A stretch of 59,292 nt of DNA from Bacteroidota bacterium (GTDB taxonomy: Bacteria > Bacteroidota > Bacteroidia > Flavobacteriales > Flavobacteriaceae), in assembly GCA_039815575.1 (NCBI GenBank), contig JBCBZA010000001.1, positions 1 to 59,292 of the forward strand. The letters run 5' to 3'. Of this stretch, positions 8,045 through 17,450 are shown one piece after another. Position 1 is the first letter of the stretch. Each line of letters starts with the position of its first letter. Position numbers and translations under genes: made by a program. The notes beneath the pieces were generated by a model that had not been told where the DNA came from, did not search any database, and saw only the letters and a program-made list of their open reading frames with translations.

Positions 8045-10234
8045 GTGCACGTCAAAAAACCAACACAATTTCTGGAATCTATAATCGTCATTTGTGTATG
8101 GCTAATTCCCACTTTTGCATTATGGGGCCAAACTTTTGAACGCCCCTCCTTTGCTTCTGGAAAATTGACTGGATCCTTGGATTTTGATGGTGCTTTGAAC
8201 GAAGTGGATTGGAAAAACGCTCCTGTACTTTCCTCTTTAACAACAACAGTACCCGAAGAAGGGGGAACACCGTCGCAGTCTACCTTGGTACAGGTCATTA
8301 CCGATTCAAGAAATGTCATTATAGGGGTTACCTGTAATGATACCAATCCCGATGGCATTATTCGGTTCTCCAAGCTTAGGGATGCCGATATTTCTGAAGA
8401 AGATCATGTCAAGGTGGTCATCGATCCGTTTTTGGATGGACAATCGGGTTACATCTTTGCCGTTAATTCCTTGGCCGCTAGATATGATGCCTTGGTTTCT
8501 GACCGTGGTGAGGACGAGAATGAGGATTGGGATGCTGTTTGGGATGCCAAAACGCAAATTACTGAAGAGGGTTGGACGGCAGAAATTGTTATTCCCATCC
8601 AAAGTATCGCCTTCAAAAAAGGATTGTCCCAATGGGGTTTCAATGTGGAACGCCGTATACAGCGTAACCTGGAAACCATTCGCTGGGCCAATGTAAAACG
8701 AGATCAATGGATTGCCCAGACAAGTCGCGCAGGATTGGTTACGGGGCTACCTGAATTCAATTATGGCGTGGGGGTAAATTTTCGCCCCTCATTGATTGCC
8801 AATGCTACTCAAATGGGACCTGACGGGGCTATGGACGTCAATCCAGATATTAGCTTCGATGCCAACCAACGCCTCGGACCCAATGTTTTGGCTACGTTTA
8901 CCGTTAATACCGACTTTGGAGAGACTGAAGTAGATACGAGACAGACCAACCTAACGCGATTCCCCTTGTTTTTCCCCGAAAAGCGCACTTTTTTCTTAGA
9001 AGGTTCTGATATTTTTGAATTTGGATTTGGCACCGGCCGCAGTACGGTACTCCCCTTCTTTAGCAGACGCATTGGGCTTCGAGACAATGTGCAGATTCCA
9101 GTAGTTGGGGGGACCAAGCTCAACGGTCGTATTGGGAAGACGGCTTTTGGGGGACTCGGGATTCGCACGGACGATTTTGATTTGGATGGCAATACTTTTT
9201 CTCCTACCAATATGGGGGTCATGCGGGTACGACGCAACGTACTGAAAGAAAGTTCCGTAGGGTTTATCGCTTCAGCAGGAGACCCACTAGGGCGTGATGG
9301 GAGCTGGATGTCCGGGGCCGATTTTACCTTTCAGACCACGCGTTTCAATGGCGATAAAAACTTTTTGGTCGGCGGTTGGGCCTTGTTTACGGACCGAGAG
9401 GACCTCTCCGGCGATCGTTCTGCGGCAGGATTTAAAATTGATTATCCGAACGATCGCTGGGATGTGGCCATGACCTATGCCCGTATTGGGGAGGATTTTG
9501 ACCCTTCATTGGGCTTTGTGCCCCGTAGGGGTGTTAACTTTTATCGTGTTGGGGGCACCTTTGCACCCCGGCCCAAAGCACCTTGGTTGCGTCAAATGTT
9601 TCACGAGCTTTTTGTCACCTATATCAATACGCTTTCAGGACCCTGGCAATCCTACAGCATATTTACGGCACCCATCAACTGGCGGTTGGAAAGTGGCGAC
9701 CGCATTGAAGGAAACATCCGACCTGTAGGCGAAAACATTTTGGAGCCTTTTCAAATCTCGGATGGGGTTACCATTCCCGTAGGGGAATATAATTTTATGC
9801 GCTATCGCCTAGAAGCGGAATTTGCCCGCAAACGCCGGCTGAGCGGAGAGGCCACTTGGTGGTTCGGGAGTTTCTATGAGGGGAACTTGGATGAGTTTGA
9901 ACTCACCCTTAATTGGAACCCCAGTGCCTTATTGGCTTTTGAGTTCAATGGACTGCATAACCGGGCGCGACTGCCCTTTGGGGATTTTGAACAAACTTTA
10001 GCAGGCCTTCGTGTACGTTTTAACGTGACCTCGAACCTTCAACTCAACAGCTATTTACAATACGATACCGATAGCCGGGTCTTGGGCTTAAATGCCCGTA
10101 TCCATTGGATATTCTCGCCTTTGGGTGATATTTTCTTGGTCTTTAATAACAACACTATTAACAACATCAACCAACCTTGGGAGCTCCAAAACCGGCAAAT
10201 TTTACTGAAAGTACGGTATAACTTTAGATTGTAA
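8045..10234 (+). CDS. CBM9-like / DUF5916-type outer-membrane protein
   Basis: Signal peptide, then DGALNEVDW and WTAEIVIP (CBM9/DOMON-like), NTDFGETEVD, LTRFPLFFPEKRTFFLEG, FFSRRIG. C-terminus ends in an aromatic beta strand (VRYNFRL). Confidence 0.8.
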   Translation: MHVKKPTQFLESIIVICVWLIPTFALWGQTFERPSFASGKLTGSLDFDGALNEVDWKNAPVLSSLTTTVPEEGGTPSQSTLVQVITDSRNVIIGVTCNDTNPDGIIRFSKLRDADISEEDHVKVVIDPFLDGQSGYIFAVNSLAARYDALVSDRGEDENEDWDAVWDAKTQITEEGWTAEIVIPIQSIAFKKGLSQWGFNVERRIQRNLETIRWANVKRDQWIAQTSRAGLVTGLPEFNYGVGVNFRPSLIANATQMGPDGAMDVNPDISFDANQRLGPNVLATFTVNTDFGETEVDTRQTNLTRFPLFFPEKRTFFLEGSDIFEFGFGTGRSTVLPFFSRRIGLRDNVQIPVVGGTKLNGRIGKTAFGGLGIRTDDFDLDGNTFSPTNMGVMRVRRNVLKESSVGFIASAGDPLGRDGSWMSGADFTFQTTRFNGDKNFLVGGWALFTDREDLSGDRSAAGFKIDYPNDRWDVAMTYARIGEDFDPSLGFVPRRGVNFYRVGGTFAPRPKAPWLRQMFHELFVTYINTLSGPWQSYSIFTAPINWRLESGDRIEGNIRPVGENILEPFQISDGVTIPVGEYNFMRYRLEAEFARKRRLSGEATWWFGSFYEGNLDEFELTLNWNPSALLAFEFNGLHNRARLPFGDFEQTLAGLRVRFNVTSNLQLNSYLQYDTDSRVLGLNARIHWIFSPLGDIFLVFNNNTINNINQPWELQNRQILLKVRYNFRL

Positions 10235-10264
10235 CGGTATGATTTGTATTAACAAATACCGTTA
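10232..10264. other. Intergenic hairpin between the DUF5916-type gene and purL
   Basis: TAACGGTA/TACCGTTA outer stem and TTTGT/ACAAA inner stem around an ATTA loop. No U-tract. Confidence 0.4.
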
Positions 10265-10306
10265 ACAACTCGGAGCATACTTAGCATAATTTTTGGGATA
10301 AACTCG

Positions 10307-10314
10307 TAAATTTG
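10307..10314 (+). promoter_or_regulatory. Bacteroidota sigma-70 -7 element (TAAATTTG) for purL
   Basis: Exact TAnnTTTG match ending 24 nt before the ATG at 10338. Confidence 0.6.
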
Positions 10315-10337
10315 TGGCTTCTCAAAAAGGCCTTAAA

Positions 10338-13300
10338 ATGATTCACTTTTTTGGCGATGTAGCTATCAAAGTTTTTGCCCTGCAAACCCAACACGACCTG
10401 ACCTCAGAAGATAGTACAAAATTAAGCTGGTTGTTTGGCAACCAACCCAAAATAGAAGCGGCGTCACTGGACGCCTTTTTTGTTGGGCCGCGGACCACCA
10501 TGCTCACACCATGGAGCACCAATGCTACCGAAATCACCCAAAATATGGGGATTGCTGGTATTCTAAGAATTGAGGAGTTCTTTGCCGTCAAAAAAGAAGA
10601 CCAGGACTTTGACCCCATGCTCTTTCAAAAGTACAATTCCTTAGGGCAGGACATCTTCACCATCAACATTGCTCCAGAGCCCATTTTTGAGATAGAGGAC
10701 ATCGCGGCTTACAATCAAAAGGAAGGCTTGGCACTGAGTGATGAAGAAGTGGCCTATTTGGAAAACTTGTCCAAAGCACTTGGCCGTAAACTCACTGATT
10801 CTGAAGTGTTTGGTTTTAGTCAAGTAAATTCCGAACACTGCCGCCATAAAATCTTTAATGGGACTTTTGTCATTGATGGGGAAGAAAAACCCACTTCACT
10901 CTTTAAGCTCATCAAAAAGACTTCTGAAGACCACCCCAATGGCATCGTCTCGGCCTACAAGGACAATGTGGCCTTTATCAAAGGGCCCGAGGCAATTCAA
11001 TTCGCCCCAAAAAGGGCAGATGAACCTGATTTTTACCAAGAAACGAAATTTGATTCCGTGCTCTCTTTAAAAGCAGAAACGCACAATTTTCCCACTACGG
11101 TAGAGCCCTTCAATGGGGCTGCCACCGGTTCGGGTGGTGAAATCCGCGACCGTTTGGCAGGTGGTAAGGGAAGTTTACCTTTAGCGGGCACTGCAGTGTA
11201 TATGACCTCCTATTCCCGTCTTGAAGAATCAAGGCCATGGGAAAAGGCCTTCCCTGTGCGGGATTGGCTGTACCAGACACCCATGGATATTTTAATCAAA
11301 GCAAGCAATGGGGCTTCCGATTTCGGAAACAAATTTGGGCAACCTTTGATTGCAGGTTCTTTGCTGACTTTCGAACACAAAGAGAAAGCAAAAAATCTGG
11401 GCTTTGATAAGGTCATTATGCTGGCTGGAGGTATCGGTTATGGAAAAGCAGAACAGGCCCTAAAAGAAACTCCTAAAAAAGGCGATAAAGTGGTCATCCT
11501 AGGCGGTGACAATTATCGCATTGGTATGGGAGGAGCGGCGGTTTCCAGTGCAGATACCGGGGAATTTGAATCCGCCATTGAGTTGAATGCGGTACAACGA
11601 AGCAATCCTGAAATGCAAAAACGGGCTGCCAACGCCATACGCGGATTGGTGGAAAGCGAAGAAAACCCTGTTGTATCAATTCATGACCACGGTGCTGGGG
11701 GACATTTGAACTGCCTCTCTGAATTGGTCGAGGAAACCGGGGGGCATATTAATCTGGACAAACTGCCTGTTGGCGACCCTACCCTTTCGGCAAAAGAATT
11801 GATTGGCAATGAAAGTCAGGAGCGTATGGGTTTGGTCATGGGCGAAAAGGACATGACCACCCTCAAAAAAATTGCAGAACGGGAACGTTCTCCCCTATTT
11901 GAGGTTGGGGAAGTTACCGGTGACCATCGCTTTACTTTTGAAAGCAAGAGTACTGGGGAAAAGCCCATGGATGTGGAGCTTTCGGCCCTTTTTGGAAGTT
12001 CTCCCAAAACCATTATGGAAGACACAAAGGTCGAGAGCCAATTTAAAGATGCCCCATATAGTCTAGAGCATTTCCACGAGTATTTGGAACACGTATTGCA
12101 ACTGGAAGCTGTGGCTTGTAAAGACTGGTTGACCAATAAGGTGGACCGCTGCGTGGGAGGTCGCGTGGCGAAGCAGCAATGTGCCGGCCCACTACAATTA
12201 CCACTTAATAATTGTGGTGTAATGGCCCTAGATTTTAAGGGGAAAGAGGGTATTGCCACCAGTATTGGCCACTCCCCCATTTCAGGATTGATAGACCCAG
12301 CTGCCGGTAGTCGAAACAGTATTGCCGAAGCCTTGACCAATATCATTTGGGCACCCCTGGAAGAAGGCCTAAAGTCAGTTTCCCTTTCCGCCAACTGGAT
12401 GTGGCCCTGTCGCAATACTGGGGAGGATGCCCGATTGTATGATGCTGTGGAAGCCTGTTCGAATTTCGCCATTGCATTGGGCATTAACATTCCCACAGGT
12501 AAGGATTCCTTGAGCATGAAACAGAAATATAAGGACCAAGAGGTGATAGCACCCGGTACGGTCATCATTTCTGCTGCGGGCCATTGCTCAGATTTGAATA
12601 AGGTCGTGGAGCCCGTTTTGCAAAAAGATGGGGGTGATATTTATTATATTAACCTAAGTGGAGACAACCATAAATTGGGAGGTTCCAGTTTTTATCAAGT
12701 ATTGAATGCTGTGGGTAGTGAAGCACCGTCCATTGCAGATGCCCTTTCTTTCAAGACGGCTTTTGATGCGCTACAAGGAGAAATAAAGACAGGCAATATC
12801 ATTTCGGGACATGACATTGGTTCGGGGGGATTGATTACCACCCTATTGGAAATCTGCTTTGCCGATACCGATTTGGGAGCTGAAATTGATTTGACCCCAT
12901 TGAGAGAAGCGGACACTATAAAACTTTTGTTTTCAGAAAATAGTGGTATTGTTTTCCAGACCAATGCCCAAACCATGGAACGATTGAGGGCCCAAGGGGT
13001 TGAAATCATTAAGATTGGAAAACCCGTTCCCGAAGGTACCCTGAGCATAAAAAACCATGGGGTCGAAATGGGGCTAAATATCGAATCGCTTCGAGATACC
13101 TGGTACAAGACTTCGTATTTGCTGGATGATAAGCAAACGGCCAAGGGACTCGCTAAGGAACGCTACGAGAATTATAAAAATCAACCCTTAACGTATACGT
13201 TTCCGGATAGTATCGCTTCCAGTGATGCCGTGAAGGGCAATCGTATCAAGAAACCAAAAGCGGCCATTCTTCGTGAAAAAGGGAGTAATTCTGAGCGTGA

Positions 13301-14009
13301 AATGGCCCATGCCATGTACCTAGCTGGATTTGATGTCAAGGACGTACATATGACCGATCTGATTTCGGGCCGTGAAGATTTGAAGGACATTCAGTTTTTG
13401 GGTGCTGTAGGAGGTTTTTCCAATTCCGATGTTCTAGGTTCGGCCAAAGGTTGGGCAGGAGCCATAAAATACAATGAAAAGGCCAAAAAAGTCATTGATG
13501 ATTTCTTCGCGCGGCCAGATACCCTTTCGGTAGGTATTTGCAACGGTTGCCAGCTGTTTATGGAGTTGGATTTGATCAATCCCGAGCACGGAGAGCAGCA
13601 CGGTAAAGTGACCTATAACGATTCAGGCAAACACGAAAGCAATTTTACCTCAGTAAAGGTTGAAAAGAATCCTTCTATTATGCTTTCCAATTTAGAAGGA
13701 AGTACCTTAGGGGTTTGGATAAGCCATGGCGAAGGGAAATTCAATCTACCATTGGAAAAAGACAACTATGAAATCGTGGGTACATATGGTTACGCTGAGT
13801 ACCCGGCAAATCCCAATGGCAGTGATTTCAATGTAGCCATGCTATGTGATAAAACTGGGCGACATTTGGTGACCATGCCCCATATTGAACGAAGTATTTT
13901 TCCATGGAATTGGGCCTTCTATCCCAAAGGCAGAAAGGATGAAATTTCACCTTGGATCCAAGCCTTTATCAATGCACGGGAATGGGTTCTGCAAACTGCG
14001 ACAGCATAA
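10338..14009 (+). CDS. purL: Phosphoribosylformylglycinamidine synthase (large type)
   Basis: Motifs NSEHCRHKIFN, KAETHNFPT, GAATGSGGEIRD, HDHGAGG, NESQERM, GGFSNSD, GICNGCQ, SHGEG, MPHIER. ATG at 10338 preferred because the GTG at 10314 overlaps the promoter element. Confidence 0.97.
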   Translation: MIHFFGDVAIKVFALQTQHDLTSEDSTKLSWLFGNQPKIEAASLDAFFVGPRTTMLTPWSTNATEITQNMGIAGILRIEEFFAVKKEDQDFDPMLFQKYNSLGQDIFTINIAPEPIFEIEDIAAYNQKEGLALSDEEVAYLENLSKALGRKLTDSEVFGFSQVNSEHCRHKIFNGTFVIDGEEKPTSLFKLIKKTSEDHPNGIVSAYKDNVAFIKGPEAIQFAPKRADEPDFYQETKFDSVLSLKAETHNFPTTVEPFNGAATGSGGEIRDRLAGGKGSLPLAGTAVYMTSYSRLEESRPWEKAFPVRDWLYQTPMDILIKASNGASDFGNKFGQPLIAGSLLTFEHKEKAKNLGFDKVIMLAGGIGYGKAEQALKETPKKGDKVVILGGDNYRIGMGGAAVSSADTGEFESAIELNAVQRSNPEMQKRAANAIRGLVESEENPVVSIHDHGAGGHLNCLSELVEETGGHINLDKLPVGDPTLSAKELIGNESQERMGLVMGEKDMTTLKKIAERERSPLFEVGEVTGDHRFTFESKSTGEKPMDVELSALFGSSPKTIMEDTKVESQFKDAPYSLEHFHEYLEHVLQLEAVACKDWLTNKVDRCVGGRVAKQQCAGPLQLPLNNCGVMALDFKGKEGIATSIGHSPISGLIDPAAGSRNSIAEALTNIIWAPLEEGLKSVSLSANWMWPCRNTGEDARLYDAVEACSNFAIALGINIPTGKDSLSMKQKYKDQEVIAPGTVIISAAGHCSDLNKVVEPVLQKDGGDIYYINLSGDNHKLGGSSFYQVLNAVGSEAPSIADALSFKTAFDALQGEIKTGNIISGHDIGSGGLITTLLEICFADTDLGAEIDLTPLREADTIKLLFSENSGIVFQTNAQTMERLRAQGVEIIKIGKPVPEGTLSIKNHGVEMGLNIESLRDTWYKTSYLLDDKQTAKGLAKERYENYKNQPLTYTFPDSIASSDAVKGNRIKKPKAAILREKGSNSEREMAHAMYLAGFDVKDVHMTDLISGREDLKDIQFLGAVGGFSNSDVLGSAKGWAGAIKYNEKAKKVIDDFFARPDTLSVGICNGCQLFMELDLINPEHGEQHGKVTYNDSGKHESNFTSVKVEKNPSIMLSNLEGSTLGVWISHGEGKFNLPLEKDNYEIVGTYGYAEYPANPNGSDFNVAMLCDKTGRHLVTMPHIERSIFPWNWAFYPKGRKDEISPWIQAFINAREWVLQTATA

Positions 14010-14100
14010 CCAAAAGTTTACGATAATGCAGTCCAAACCGTAATTTTCGTAAGGTGGCGTAGGCATTTTTCCCATATCTTTAAAGGAAAACAAAAACACC

Positions 14101-14745
14101 ATGGAAACAGCTTTTAACCGCCGAAAATTTATACAACATAGTTCTTTATTGGCCATGGGTGCCGTATCCGCCCCACTCATGGGTGCCACCCCATTCCCAG
14201 CTTCAATTCCATCCATTTCACCAGAGAATATGAATATTATAGGACCAAGAGAGGGGTATTCTCCCCATATAGGAACTTTGGTATCGATGATGAATTGGAT
14301 GCGGGAGGTAATGCTTAGTCCCGTTAGGGGGATGAGCATTTCGGACTTGGACTACCTAATAGACGATAACGCCAATACCATTGGGGCCATGCTTATGCAT
14401 TTGGCAGCTACCGAACGTTTCTATCAACTCAATACTTTTGACAATAAAAAGTGGGGGGATTTCCCGGAAGAGGACGTAATAAAATTTAGCGCCGCCTCCA
14501 TGCTAGGGGATCGTGGAAGAGATGAAATTAAAGGAAAACCGTTGGATTATTACCTTGAAGAAATGTCAACTATCCGCGAAAATACCCTTGCAGAGTTTAA
14601 GAAACGGGATGACGATTGGTTATTTTCAGTGGATAACGATTTTCCTTGGGGACCAACCAATAATTACTGCAAATGGTTTCATGTTTGTGAGCATGAATCC
14701 AACCATAATGGAGTATTCAAATTCTTAAAAAGTAGGATTTCTTAG
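14101..14745 (+). CDS. DinB/YfiT superfamily protein with twin-arginine signal
   Basis: NRRKFIQ followed by a hydrophobic stretch. NTIGAMLMHLAATE and WFHVCEHESNHNG supply the metal-binding His residues. Confidence 0.8.
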   Translation: METAFNRRKFIQHSSLLAMGAVSAPLMGATPFPASIPSISPENMNIIGPREGYSPHIGTLVSMMNWMREVMLSPVRGMSISDLDYLIDDNANTIGAMLMHLAATERFYQLNTFDNKKWGDFPEEDVIKFSAASMLGDRGRDEIKGKPLDYYLEEMSTIRENTLAEFKKRDDDWLFSVDNDFPWGPTNNYCKWFHVCEHESNHNGVFKFLKSRIS

Positions 14746-14761
14746 CAGTTCTAGACCAATC

Positions 14762-15805
14762 TTATTTTTCAAGAATCAAAAAATGATCATCCATTACATT
14801 GCCCACCAATAGCAGGTTTTTATAAGGTGCGGCTACAGAGGTTGCTGAAATTGAGGTGCCGTCATCAACAAAAGGGGATGCAATAGTGTAATCGCCCTGA
14901 CCCTGGTAGTTTATTTTGATGACCTCAGAAGGGGCTTTTGGTTTTTTGCCTTTGGCATAAGCAGCGAAAGCCATAAGATTGGGATGGCATCCGGACCAAA
15001 GGTTACCTTGGGAATCAAACTCTAGATTATCCACTCCTGTGCTGCAATCAATGCTATCAAAATATTTTAAGTCTCCGTTCACCAAACGCTCGTAGACATT
15101 AATTTTAAATCCCCTCGGCGATGCTATAAAAAGTAAGTTTCTAGAGGCATCGTAGTTGATGCCATTGGCATAAGAAAGACTATGGTCCACAACGCGATAC
15201 CCAGACCCATCAAAATAGACCGTTTCACATTTAGCAAGTCCTAGATAATCTTCGGCAAGGCGTCCCAGTCCATTTTGATAATAGTGGTCATTGGTAAAAT
15301 AAAATTCGTTCTCCGAAATACCCACAATGTCATTAATGGCATAAATCATTTCATCTTTCAAGGTCTCTACATGCACCAAACTATCAGTATTAAAAACATC
15401 AAAAATTTCAATACTTTCTCCGTCAGCGTGGTTGGCCACCCAAAGACGATGTCTTGTGCTGTCCATTTGAATTAGACTGATACCGTGGGGAAGCAAATCC
15501 ACCTGAACATTTTTAGAAAGTTTTGTGACGGGCATGGATTCCTGGGAAAGGTCCATGGAATAAATAGCACCTTTTTGTGGGTTGCCATCGCGGTGGGCAG
15601 CCCGATCATAGGATATAAAAATGGCAAAATCGTTGTCTTCATCAACTGTAATATCCTCAACACCTGCAATGGGAATCTGTTTAAGGACCGAGCCATGCAT
15701 TTTGTTTTCAATTTTTCTGAAATAACCTGTTGAGTTAAAAATGTATCCGATGTAGGCAATGACAACAATAAATAAAACCAACAGAATTTTTAAACCTTTT
15801 CTCAT
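14762..15805 (-). CDS. Paraoxonase/arylesterase-like six-bladed beta-propeller lactonase
   Basis: Motifs GVEDI, PHGIS, VANH, INDIV, FYFTNDH, YANGI, VDNL, GCHPN, PSEV, plus an N-terminal membrane anchor. Confidence 0.85.
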   Translation of the reverse strand: MRKGLKILLVLFIVVIAYIGYIFNSTGYFRKIENKMHGSVLKQIPIAGVEDITVDEDNDFAIFISYDRAAHRDGNPQKGAIYSMDLSQESMPVTKLSKNVQVDLLPHGISLIQMDSTRHRLWVANHADGESIEIFDVFNTDSLVHVETLKDEMIYAINDIVGISENEFYFTNDHYYQNGLGRLAEDYLGLAKCETVYFDGSGYRVVDHSLSYANGINYDASRNLLFIASPRGFKINVYERLVNGDLKYFDSIDCSTGVDNLEFDSQGNLWSGCHPNLMAFAAYAKGKKPKAPSEVIKINYQGQGDYTIASPFVDDGTSISATSVAAPYKNLLLVGNVMDDHFLILEK

Positions 15806-16107
15806 TTTAATTGGTATGGATTGAGCTAAAGATATTTGAATTTTCTTTGAAAATCATACTTATATATGCCCTGTTCCTTATAGGGCTCCGAATCCAAGAT
15901 CAATTGAAACCGGATAATCCAAGGCATCATAAAATACCCCCACCTTAATTTTATTTTGTTTGTTCACTTTAATTTACATTACGAAGTAAGGCTTTAGGCA
16001 AGTTTATTTCATAGAAATAATATGCTTTTAGGAATATCTATGGCCATAGCTTGTTAAACATCCTGTAAATAGGACGTTCATAATCCATTATTAAATATGG
16101 TGTGATA

Positions 16108-16127
16108 TCCCAAAATATATTTTGGGA
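16108..16127. promoter_or_regulatory. Perfect 20-bp palindrome TCCCAAAATATATTTTGGGA (candidate operator)
   Basis: Exact inverted repeat about 90 bp upstream of the AraC gene. The operator role is inferred. Confidence 0.45.
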
Positions 16128-16218
16128 CAATTTAATCGCACACCTATGGGCAATTCAATACTATTTGCCAAAACTGGATATATTAAAAGAATAATTTTAC
16201 CATGATTATTAAACCTAA

Positions 16219-17370
16219 ATGATACTGGCGCTTTCAAATTTTGATATGAATTCCTTAGTAGTTGGAATTAAATTCCTTTTAGGGCTGCAGTTGGTCATCA
16301 TAGCTATCTTTCTTTTCTTCAATAAAACGAAAAAAACAGATACCCCTCTCGGCTTACTCTGTATGTTACTCGGCCTGTGGTTTTTTAAGAGGATTTTTAA
16401 TGGATATTGGAATGAGGATTTATTCCTTTTTATATTGATCGGTCCCGGCAAACCCATATTTATTGGGTCGTTCTTGTTGTTCTATTTTAAAAGCTATTAT
16501 CAGAACCTAAAAAGGCCATTTATCCTAAAACATATTACCATTCCCTTTATTTATTATCTGTTAATTGTACTTTTCAGGTTCTTTTTAATCGATATTGATC
16601 CTGTTTTTGATCTGAATCTATCATTTTTTTTTTCTTTGGCAGCACTCGCCATTTTTTGGTATTATTTCATAATTACCCGATATGAACTAAATCAAACAGT
16701 TAAAAGTCATATTATCCCTCGGGCCCATACTAAACTTAGTGTACTGTTCTTTTCGGTTTATTTTTTCCTTTTACAAGTTCCCTTGTGGGATATCTTAAGG
16801 AATCTTTTGCAAAGTAATTTTATTTCCACTTTTTATCGCAGTAAATTGGAGTTTCTATATCATAGCATCTTCAAGGCTTTTGGTGAAAACCTGGCCTATG
16901 GCTATCTACATATTCTTGCTTATGTACTTTTTATATATGCTTTAAGTGAACTACGGTTTTTTAAAAATTTCTTTTTACCTAAAGACGTTTTGCTCCATCA
17001 AAACACATTTAAGGACCTAAAAAAGATAGACAACTTATTCCGTAACTATTTTTTGCTTGATAAAAATTTTAAAAACCCTCAACTAACAATTGAAATCTGC
17101 GCTAAAGAGTTGAGCATTTCTAAAAAAGAATTGATCGATTATCTAAAGATTACTAAAAAAGGAACTTTTAAGGAGCTTGTTAATGCGCACAGAGTCGACG
17201 AATTTAAAATACTTTTAAAGCAAGAAAATGATTTAAGGTATGATATGGTTGGGCTGGCAAAAGAATGTGGATTTGCATCTAAGTCTACATTTTACCGTGT
17301 TTTTAAAGATACTGAAGGTATCACTCCAAAAGAATTCAAAGCCTTGGTTTTTGATAAAAAAAGAAATTGA
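16219..17370 (+). CDS. Membrane-bound AraC family transcriptional regulator
   Basis: Several N-terminal TM segments and a C-terminal AraC HTH (FKELVNAHRV, LAKECGFASKSTFYRVFKDTEGITPKEF). Confidence 0.88.
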   Translation: MILALSNFDMNSLVVGIKFLLGLQLVIIAIFLFFNKTKKTDTPLGLLCMLLGLWFFKRIFNGYWNEDLFLFILIGPGKPIFIGSFLLFYFKSYYQNLKRPFILKHITIPFIYYLLIVLFRFFLIDIDPVFDLNLSFFFSLAALAIFWYYFIITRYELNQTVKSHIIPRAHTKLSVLFFSVYFFLLQVPLWDILRNLLQSNFISTFYRSKLEFLYHSIFKAFGENLAYGYLHILAYVLFIYALSELRFFKNFFLPKDVLLHQNTFKDLKKIDNLFRNYFLLDKNFKNPQLTIEICAKELSISKKELIDYLKITKKGTFKELVNAHRVDEFKILLKQENDLRYDMVGLAKECGFASKSTFYRVFKDTEGITPKEFKALVFDKKRN

Positions 17371-17450
17371 TTGTATTAGACTTTATTAACGCAAACAACA
17401 ATACAATATATCTTCTGGACATAGGGGTATCGCCATCATTTACGAAGGTT

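Noticed and set aside
15826-15930. 34-codon minus-strand ORF MMPWIIRFQLILDSEPYKEQGIYKYDFQRKFKYL upstream of the lactonase gene
   Set aside because: Short, no recognisable homology, and it runs over the likely TATCTTTA promoter element of the lactonase gene. It could be a gene remnant, but I cannot support that.
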